From Gemmatimonadota bacterium (GTDB lineage: Bacteria; Gemmatimonadota; Gemmatimonadetes; Gemmatimonadales; Gemmatimonadaceae): DNA of 14,261 nucleotides. Positions 8,096 through 14,261 of the stretch are shown here, in pieces (position 1 is the stretch's first letter; each line of letters begins with the position of its first letter). The position numbers and the translations under genes are program-made. The DNA lies in the NCBI GenBank assembly GCA_031372565.1, contig JANMLN010000004.1, forward strand, positions 1 through 14,261, given 5' to 3'. Below the pieces are notes generated by a model. It had not been told where the DNA came from, searched no databases, and saw only the letters and a program-made list of their open reading frames with translations.

Positions 8096-8168
8096 TGGAG
8101 CGGAGGGGGATCGAACCCCTGACCTCATGCTTGCAAAGCACGCGCTCTCCCAACTGAGCTACCGCCCC
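8096..8168 (-). tRNA. tRNA-Ala(UGC), CCA not encoded
   Basis: GGGGCGG TA GCTC AGTTGGGA GAGC G CGTGC TT-TGC-AA GCATG AGGTC AGGGG TTCGATC CCCCT CCGCTCC A. Full cloverleaf, G3:U70 alanine identity pair, discriminator A, followed by CTT. Confidence 0.98.
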
Positions 8169-8236
8169 GGATGGTACGGACGCGACGCGCCGCCCGCTGG
8201 ATCCGATCTTGTCGGGGGAATCTAACGACCCACGAG

Positions 8237-8265
8237 TTGCCAGTGGAGCGGGCACATCCGATAAT
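8237..8265 (+). promoter_or_regulatory. Putative sigma70-type promoter for the radical SAM-trxC unit
   Basis: TTGCCA (8237-8242), 17-bp spacer, GATAAT (8260-8265). Each hexamer matches 5/6 of consensus with optimal spacing, ~100 bp upstream of ATG 8362. Confidence 0.55.
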
Positions 8266-8361
8266 ATCCGACAGGGGTGGCGCTCTGTTCTGCTCCCGGG
8301 CCTCACACGCGGACCGGGCGGCAGCACCCCCCTTGATTCCAGAAATCGGGGACTCGATCGC

Positions 8362-9441
8362 ATGACGATCACCCAGTTCGATGTGCTCCGCGCACGCGCC
8401 AGCGCCGCAGTCAGCTACCGGCTCCGCACGTTCGCCGGAGGACGCCTGGCGTCGCTGTGCCGGCCGACGCAGGTGCTGATCCTGCTCACCGAGCGGTGCA
8501 ACGCGCGGTGCATTCACTGCGACATCTGGAAGAATCGCGGCAAGGAAGATGTGCCCACGGTCGCGGAGTGGCAGCGCACGCTGGGTGATCTCCGGCAGTG
8601 GCTCGGGCCGGTCCAGGTGGTGTTCACTGGTGGCGAGGCGCTGCTCCAGAAGTGGGCGCCCGAGGTGGTGGCGCATGCCGCGTCGCTCGGACTCCTTGTT
8701 GAGCACCTGACGCACGGCTACTGGCACGACCAGTCACGGATCGAGGCGGTGGCGCTGGCCGATCCGTGGCGCATCACCGTCTCGTGTGATGGTATTGGCG
8801 CCACGCACGACCAGGTGCGCGGGCGCGAGCATTTCTTCGATGCCACCGAGGCGTCGATCCGCACCCTCATCCGACTCCGGCGGGAGCGCGGCCTTCACTA
8901 CGCGATCCGGCTCAAGACGACGGTCATGTCGCACAACCTTGACCAGACGGCCGTGGTCGCGGAGTACGCAAAGGCCAACGGGCTGGAGGTGTTTTATCAG
9001 CCGATCGAACAGAACTACAACACCGCTGAAGACGCGCGCTGGTTCGAGCACAGTCCGAACTGGCCCGCCGACCCGGAGCGGGCGGTGGCGGCCGTGGAGC
9101 GTCTGATCGCGCTCAAGCGACGCGGGTACCCGATCACGAACTCGATGGAGCAGCTCGAGATCATGATCCCGTACTTCCGCAGTCCGGACTCGCTCCGAAT
9201 CGTGACACAGTCGCACACGGCGCACGATGCGCCGCTGTGCGCGTCGCTCAGCAGCTTGCAAATCCAGGCCAACGGCGACGTCAGCGCGTGTGCGTCGATG
9301 CCGCCGGTGGGCAACATCCGTACGCAGAGCATTCGGCAGATCTGGGAGCAGCGCCCCCGCTGGTGGGAAGGCGGATGTTGTCTCGCTCGTCGGATGACCG
9401 CCACGGAGAAAGCGACCGTCGACCTTGGAGTGACCTCATGA
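8362..9441 (+). CDS. Radical SAM protein with C-terminal Twitch/SPASM-type domain, 359 aa
   Basis: CNARCIHC (CxxxCxxC), FTGGEALL, VSCDG..HDQVRG. C-terminal C..IQANGDVSAC..VGNI..IW..GGCC. Start ATG 8362 chosen because the longer ORF spans the promoter region. Confidence 0.9.
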   Translation: MTITQFDVLRARASAAVSYRLRTFAGGRLASLCRPTQVLILLTERCNARCIHCDIWKNRGKEDVPTVAEWQRTLGDLRQWLGPVQVVFTGGEALLQKWAPEVVAHAASLGLLVEHLTHGYWHDQSRIEAVALADPWRITVSCDGIGATHDQVRGREHFFDATEASIRTLIRLRRERGLHYAIRLKTTVMSHNLDQTAVVAEYAKANGLEVFYQPIEQNYNTAEDARWFEHSPNWPADPERAVAAVERLIALKRRGYPITNSMEQLEIMIPYFRSPDSLRIVTQSHTAHDAPLCASLSSLQIQANGDVSACASMPPVGNIRTQSIRQIWEQRPRWWEGGCCLARRMTATEKATVDLGVTS

Positions 9442-9884
9442 CCGCCAGTTCACCCCCCGTGCGCACCGTGACCCTCCGCTGCCAGTGGTGTGAGGCGTGG
9501 AATCGGGTGGATAGCGCCCGATTCGACGACCGACCCAGATGCGGATCGTGCCAGAAGCCGATGCTGCTCGACCGACCGCTCAAGCTCGACGACACCACCT
9601 TCTCTCGAACCGTCGCAGACAGCGAACTGCCGGTTCTGGTCGATTTCTACGCGGACTGGTGCGGCCCGTGCAAAGCGATGGCGCCGGCGGTCGATGCCCT
9701 CGCCCGGGAGCTTGCCGGGCGCGTGCTCATCGCCAAGCTCGACACCGATCGGTCGCCCGCCATGGCGCAGCAGTTTCGCATCACCGGTATCCCGACGGTT
9801 GTGCGGTTCGTTGGTGGCGCGGAGGCGGCACGCGTGAGCGGAGCGATGCCGTTGCCGCAGTTGCGGGCGTTCGCGTTGGGGTAA
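9438..9884 (+). CDS. trxC: Thioredoxin 2 (zinc-finger thioredoxin), 148 aa
   Basis: N-terminal CQWC..NRV..CGSC zinc finger, VLVDFYADWCGPC active site, FRITGIPT. ATGA overlap with the radical SAM stop and GGAG SD at 9427-9430. Confidence 0.92.
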   Translation: MTASSPPVRTVTLRCQWCEAWNRVDSARFDDRPRCGSCQKPMLLDRPLKLDDTTFSRTVADSELPVLVDFYADWCGPCKAMAPAVDALARELAGRVLIAKLDTDRSPAMAQQFRITGIPTVVRFVGGAEAARVSGAMPLPQLRAFALG

Positions 9885-10142
9885 GGGAGGGGGTGGAGCG
9901 CACGGAGATCGCTCAGGGGGCACGGAGGGGGAGCGGATCCGTGGGTGGGCCCGGGTGCCCGGGATGGGACGACCCTCTGTCATGGGTCGACGATCGTCTC
10001 CACGCACAATGAGAAGAACGACAAGGCCCCCGCGCCATCACGACGCGGGGGCCTTCTTCTTGTTGCACGATCTTCGCTGTGCCCTCTGTGCGAACGCTGT
10101 GGCTCGGCGGTCCGCGCTTCCGCGTGACCTCCGAACCCTCCC
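9885..10142. repeat. Degenerate inverted repeat spanning the convergent trxC/actF intergenic region
   Basis: 9901-9927 cacggagatcgctcagggggcacggag versus reverse complement of 10075-10101 cacagcgttcgcacagagggcacagcg (20/27 identical). 9885-9898 gggagggggtggag versus reverse complement of 10129-10142 gggagggttcggag (11/14). Confidence 0.55.
10023..10064. terminator. Intrinsic terminator, probably bidirectional, between trxC and actF
   Basis: Perfect 12-bp stem aaggcccccgcg (10023-10034) / cgcgggggcctt (10044-10055) with a 9-nt loop. T-rich tail on the + strand (ttcttcttgtt) and A-rich flank upstream (gagaagaacgacaa). Confidence 0.85.
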
Positions 10143-10146
10143 GACG

Positions 10147-11478
10147 CTACTCGTGCGCCGGCAGCGGCTCCATGGTCTCCGCGTCGACGGGAATCTGCAC
10201 CTCGTCCCGATACTCCGACGTCATCATGAAGACGCGAATCTTCGGGAAGGCATCCATGAAGCTGGTGTAGCAGAAGCCCCACAGCCCGAGGAAGCCGACG
10301 AAGACGCCCACCTCGAACAGCCCGAACGGGAGGTGATCGATCTCGCCGTAGATGGACGGATAGATCTCGATGTAGCGGTGGATCCAGAGGCCGAGCGTGC
10401 TCGACGCCGCGAAGAAGGTCATGGTCGGCGTCCAGATCTTCGGATACTTGCCCATCAACCCGAAGAACGGGAGCACGAACATCAACGCCACGTACGACAA
10501 GGTGAGCGGCTTCCAGACGCCCGAGAGCCGCAAATTGAAGAAGTGCGACTCCTCGGTGATGTTGGCATACCAGATCACGAGGAACTGGCTGAACGTCAGG
10601 TAGCCCCAGAACGCCGTGAAGGCGAAGCACAGCTTGCCGATGTCATGCAGCTGCTGCTCTCCGATGATCTCGCCGGCGCCCATCACGTTGTTGAAGTAGC
10701 GCGTCAGCCACGAGAAGGTCATGAGCATCACGACCCACCCACCCATCATGACCTGCCAGCCGTACATGGTGGACTGGAAGTGCACGTCCGCCGACATCGA
10801 CAGGTCCCACGCCAGGATGACCGAGCCGAACCCGAACACGGTCAGCAGCGCGACGGCAATCTTCCCCTGCACCGAGTGCTGCGTGTGCAGTTCACGACGC
10901 TCGTGCCCGAAGCCTGCGCGCATCTTCTCGCGCAGCCCCTTGGCCCACGCAAGACCCGACTCCGGCAGGATGGCAACGTCCATGCGGACCGAGTTGTAGA
11001 CGAACCACAGCGCCAGCGCCGCAAAGCCGCCGGCGGCCAGCAGGTCGCGCGGGATGAGGAACGACTTGGCCAGCCACAGCGCCTTCTCATGCCCGTGCGG
11101 CGGCGTCGTGGCCCACGGGAAGATGTGATCGATCCCGAAGAGCAGGTTGATCAGCAGCAGGAGAACGGCAACAGGCAGGAACGCGACGAACCCTTCGAGG
11201 AGTCGCACCACCGACCGCGACCAGCGCGCGGTGACGATGCGCTGCACCGCGGCAAAGGCAACGCCCGCGGCCGAGATGGTCCAGAAGAACATCCAGTTGA
11301 ACTGGAAGGCCTGCCAAGCGCGTGCCTGACCGGTGGCGGCACCGTAGATGAAGATCGCAAAGCCGACGGCCGCGAGGGCCATCGAGATCGTGCGCAGGCT
11401 GCCCGGGAGGGGCTTGCTCGCCATCGCCGCCAGCTCCTGGCGCGACGGCACATGCGCGTGGCCGTGTCCACCGCTCAC
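10147..11478 (-). CDS. actF: Alternative complex III membrane subunit F (NrfD-like)
   Basis: About 10 hydrophobic segments; motifs ARWS..RLLE, WDLSMS..FQSTMYG, HDIGKLCFAFTAFWGYLTFSQFLVIWYANITEE. GTGA overlap with actE and GGAGG SD. Confidence 0.9.
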   Translation of the reverse strand: MSGGHGHAHVPSRQELAAMASKPLPGSLRTISMALAAVGFAIFIYGAATGQARAWQAFQFNWMFFWTISAAGVAFAAVQRIVTARWSRSVVRLLEGFVAFLPVAVLLLLINLLFGIDHIFPWATTPPHGHEKALWLAKSFLIPRDLLAAGGFAALALWFVYNSVRMDVAILPESGLAWAKGLREKMRAGFGHERRELHTQHSVQGKIAVALLTVFGFGSVILAWDLSMSADVHFQSTMYGWQVMMGGWVVMLMTFSWLTRYFNNVMGAGEIIGEQQLHDIGKLCFAFTAFWGYLTFSQFLVIWYANITEESHFFNLRLSGVWKPLTLSYVALMFVLPFFGLMGKYPKIWTPTMTFFAASSTLGLWIHRYIEIYPSIYGEIDHLPFGLFEVGVFVGFLGLWGFCYTSFMDAFPKIRVFMMTSEYRDEVQIPVDAETMEPLPAHE

Positions 11479-12272
11479 TTGTCACCTCCCTTCTTCGTGC
11501 CCGCGGCGGCGTGTTCGTCGCCACGAACGTCCATGCCGGTCGAGTGACCGGGCTTGTAATACGGCACGGACCGGGTCGGCCCGAGTGTGGTGTATCCGGG
11601 GAGCGCGGTGCCGGTCTGACCGGGGAACCCGAGCGGACCCTTCTCGACCTCGCGCCCCAACTTGCCCTGCAAGCCGCGCACGTAGTTGACGACGTGCCAG
11701 CGATCGGACTCCTCGATCCGGTTGTAGCTCGGCATCAACCCGCGGCCGTTGCGGATCATGCCGTAGATGTAGCCATCGGAGCGCGCCTTGGTGCCATCGC
11801 CCACGATGTTGATCGCGAGGCCGTACTTCGCCACGACGAGATTCTTGGTCCCCTGTCCGTCATCTCCATGGCACACGGCGCAGTTGACCTGCCAGTAGCG
11901 ACGCCCGAGGGCAAGCGATGAATCGCTCGGTGCCGTGGGATTCGTGACCGCGAGTCCGATCGAGTCGATGACGCCCGGGAGCGCGGCGTTCGAGATCTGG
12001 AAGTACGGCAATGCCGTGCCGGTAATGGGCACGGAGAACTGCGGATTGCCGCGCACGAGGTACGGCGTGTTGGCGTCTTCGCGCTGCGACCAGTTCGGAC
12101 CGACGAAGGTCTTCTTCGGCCAGTAGTACTTGATGTTGGTGTCGGGCGAGATGGCGGTGTTCTCCCACGTATCCAGCTTGGGCTGGTAGCGGAAGGTCGT
12201 GAACCAGTCGCAGGCGGTCAGGGACGGGACCAGCGCAGCGAGTGCGAGGCCGTGCACGAGCTTAGCGCGCAT
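11475..12272 (-). CDS. actE: Alternative complex III monoheme cytochrome c lipoprotein, subunit E, 265 aa
   Basis: Lipoprotein signal MRAKLVHGLALAALVPSLTA-C, heme motif CAVCH, axial-Met region IRNGRGLMPSY, DRWHVVNYVR. Lies between actD and actF with a GGAGG SD. Confidence 0.9.
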   Translation of the reverse strand: MRAKLVHGLALAALVPSLTACDWFTTFRYQPKLDTWENTAISPDTNIKYYWPKKTFVGPNWSQREDANTPYLVRGNPQFSVPITGTALPYFQISNAALPGVIDSIGLAVTNPTAPSDSSLALGRRYWQVNCAVCHGDDGQGTKNLVVAKYGLAINIVGDGTKARSDGYIYGMIRNGRGLMPSYNRIEESDRWHVVNYVRGLQGKLGREVEKGPLGFPGQTGTALPGYTTLGPTRSVPYYKPGHSTGMDVRGDEHAAAGTKKGGDK

Positions 12273-12762
12273 GCCGCACCTCCGTCGCACCGTGCTGTCG
12301 GAACAGTCCTTCGGCGGCCTTCTCCTTGTCTGGCGCGCAGTCGACGAAGATGCCGTAGTCACCATTCGAGTACTTGGGGTCGTAAGCCACGTCCACCACG
12401 AGCTTGGGGATGCGGGAATTGATGAACATGCCGAAGACAGTCGAGAGCGCACCGACCATGACCATCATTTCGAAGGCGATGATCGTGTACGGAATCCAGC
12501 TGGCAATCGCCTTGCCGCCCACGACGAGGGGCCAGTAGTCCGACGTCCAGATGGCGACCCAGTAGCCGAAGCTCGCGCCCAGGAGGCCACCGATGAGCGT
12601 GAACCGGCGCACCGGGCTCATCGGCGCCTCGATGGCGTCCTCGAGCTCATGGTGAATCGTCGGGGAGTACACCGTCAGGTTGCCCAGCTTGAGCCGCTGG
12701 AGCTCCTTGATGGCCGACACGGTGCGGTCGAGCTCGCGGAAGTTCGCGACGAGGCCGGGCAT
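12262..12762 (-). CDS. actD: Alternative complex III subunit D (DUF3341), 166 aa
   Basis: Start trimmed to ATG 12762 (TGATG overlap with the actC stop). Motifs VYSPTIHHELEDA, two TM helices, DYWPLVVGGK, IIAFEMMV, YDPKYS..YGIFV. Confidence 0.92.
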   Translation of the reverse strand: MPGLVANFRELDRTVSAIKELQRLKLGNLTVYSPTIHHELEDAIEAPMSPVRRFTLIGGLLGASFGYWVAIWTSDYWPLVVGGKAIASWIPYTIIAFEMMVMVGALSTVFGMFINSRIPKLVVDVAYDPKYSNGDYGIFVDCAPDKEKAAEGLFRQHGATEVRHAR

Positions 12763-14159
12763 CAGTGATGTCCTCCGTGGCCCGCCGACGCGCGGCGTGC
12801 CGGCACGATTTCCTTCACTTCGATGATCGCCATCACGGGCAGCTGCTTGATGAAGAGCAGGAACCACATGAAGAACCAGCCGAACGAGCCCACCAGGAAC
12901 GACATGTCGATCCAGCTCGGCGAGTAGCTCGTCCACTGCCACGGCTCGAACTCGTGCGACAGCGACGGCACCACGATCACGAACCGCTCGAACCACATCC
13001 CGATGTTGATGAAGATCGAGAGGATGAAGAGCCACGCGGTGTTGCGACGGAGCTTCTGCGAGAAGAGCGAGAGCGGAAGCACCATGTTGCAGATCAGCAT
13101 GATCCACGCCGACCACCACCACTCGCCGAACACGCGATTCCAGAAGTACTCCTGCTCGGGCTTCACGCCGGAGTACCAGGCGATGAAGAACTCGATCAGG
13201 TAGGCCAGCCCCACCACCAGCGACGTGAACAGCACGACCTTGGCGGTGGCGTCGAGGTGGTTCAGCGTGACGTAGTGCTCGAGCTTCCACCACTTCCGGA
13301 TCGGGATGAGGATCGTCCAGACCATCGCGAAGCCGGAGAAGATCGCGCCCGCCACGAAGTACGGCGGAAAGATCGTCGCATGCCACCCCGGCGTCAGCGC
13401 CATGGCGAAGTCGAACGACACCACCGAGTGCACCGACAACACCAGCGGCGTGCTGAAGGCCGCCAGGAACAGGTACGCGCGCGTGAAGTGGCGCCACTCC
13501 CGGTCGGTGTTCTTCCATCCCATCGACAGGATGCTGAGCAGGAACCGACGCGTCGGGTTCTTCTCCCGGTCGCGCAAGACCGCGATGTCGGGAATGAGGC
13601 CGATGTAGAGGAAGGTCGTCGAGATCGTGAGGTACGTCGAGATCGCGAACACGTCCCACACGAGCGGGCTCTTGAAGTTCGGCCAGAGCAACCGCCAGTT
13701 CGGGTACGGAATCAACCAGAAGAACTTCCAGGGCCGCCCGATGTGAATGATCGGGAAGAGACCCGCCGTCATCACCGCGAATACGGTCATCGCTTCCGAC
13801 GCTCGATAGATCGTCGTGCGGAAGCCCGCGCGGAACAGGTACAGGATCGCCGAGATCAGCGTGCCGGCGTGACCGATACCGACCCAGAACACGAAGGTGA
13901 TGATGTAGACGCCCCACATCACCGGCGGCACGTAGCCCGCGTTGCCGAGGCCGGCGTAGATCTGGAACGTCCACGCCGCCGCGCCGATGAGCATGCAGAC
14001 AATCGCCGCGCACAGCCCGAGGAACCAGGCCTTGGTCGGCTTCAGCGTATTGGCAATCTCGTCGTCGACCTGCTCGAACGTCTTGATCGCGGGGAGCTGG
14101 ATGTCCGCGGACGGGATGTTCGGCCGCATGGGGCCGACCGGTTCAGCCATCGTGGCCAT
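12762..14159 (-). CDS. actC: Alternative complex III quinol-oxidising membrane subunit C (NrfD/PsrC family)
   Basis: WGVYIITFVFWVGIGHAGTLISAIL, RASEAMTVFAV, HIGRPW, NFKSPLVWDVFAISTY, TPLVLSVHSVVSFDFA, PGWHATIFPPYFVAGAIFSGFAMV, INIGMWFERFVI. Confidence 0.96.
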   Translation of the reverse strand: MATMAEPVGPMRPNIPSADIQLPAIKTFEQVDDEIANTLKPTKAWFLGLCAAIVCMLIGAAAWTFQIYAGLGNAGYVPPVMWGVYIITFVFWVGIGHAGTLISAILYLFRAGFRTTIYRASEAMTVFAVMTAGLFPIIHIGRPWKFFWLIPYPNWRLLWPNFKSPLVWDVFAISTYLTISTTFLYIGLIPDIAVLRDREKNPTRRFLLSILSMGWKNTDREWRHFTRAYLFLAAFSTPLVLSVHSVVSFDFAMALTPGWHATIFPPYFVAGAIFSGFAMVWTILIPIRKWWKLEHYVTLNHLDATAKVVLFTSLVVGLAYLIEFFIAWYSGVKPEQEYFWNRVFGEWWWSAWIMLICNMVLPLSLFSQKLRRNTAWLFILSIFINIGMWFERFVIVVPSLSHEFEPWQWTSYSPSWIDMSFLVGSFGWFFMWFLLFIKQLPVMAIIEVKEIVPARRASAGHGGHH

Positions 14160-14162
14160 GGG

Positions 14163-14261
14163 CTAGTGCTCCCCCGCCTTCGCGGCTGCCGCCGGCGCAC
14201 CCGCGCCGGTGTGGTTGACCTTCTGCAAGTAGACCACCGCCGTGTAGGTGTTGAGTTCCTC
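14163..14261 (-). CDS. actB: C-terminal end (partial) of alternative complex III subunit B (Fe-S/molybdopterin-oxidoreductase-like)
   Basis: Manual translation EELNTYTAVVYLQKVNHTGAGAPAAAAKAGEH* resembles the ActB C-terminal ELNT..V.YL.KV.N motif. Stop is 3 bp before the actC start. Runs off the window edge. Confidence 0.8.
   Translation of the reverse strand, partial: EELNTYTAVVYLQKVNHTGAGAPAAAAKAGEH

Noticed and set aside
8096..8168. tRNA as an integration site for a genomic island
   Set aside because: No integrase, no duplicated tRNA 3' end seen in the window, and no evident compositional shift.
8171..8365. 64-aa ORF ending in an ATGA overlap with the radical SAM start, considered as a RiPP precursor
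   Set aside because: Starts 2 bp from the divergent tRNA 5' end, has no RBS, spans the predicted promoter, lacks leader/core character, and no RRE or transporter gene is nearby. Conservation in homologous loci would reopen it.
9885..10142. CRISPR array or IS element interpretation of the intergenic repeats
   Set aside because: No regularly spaced identical repeats, no cas or transposase gene, and no clear target-site duplication.
12763..14013. 417-codon upstream extension of the actD frame across actC
   Set aside because: Off-frame shadow of actC. ActD-like sequence begins at the TGATG-coupled ATG 12762.

Overview
High-GC bacterial chromosomal window. The protein style tentatively suggests Gemmatimonadota, which is inference only. 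The right end holds the 3' part of an alternative complex III (ACIII) operon on the minus strand: actB C-terminus, actC, actD, actE and actF. It ends at a probable bidirectional terminator nested in a degenerate inverted-repeat intergenic region. Converging on it from the plus strand is a translationally coupled radical SAM (Twitch/SPASM) gene and Zn-finger thioredoxin (trxC) pair. Diverging leftward from that pair is a minus-strand run: stand-alone tRNA-Ala(UGC), peroxiredoxin, a GH63/MGH1-like (alpha/alpha)6 protein with apparently eroded catalytic motifs, an atypical Oar-like TonB-dependent barrel protein with a ~184-aa C-terminal extension (Spy/CpxP-like helices plus Gly tail), and a secreted Met/Gly-loop beta-propeller. 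No integrase, transposase or CRISPR array was seen. The best candidates for uncharacterised biology are the barrel/propeller pair, the probable glycosidase pseudoenzyme and the radical SAM-TrxC pair. All family assignments come from motif recognition by eye; no database search was run.
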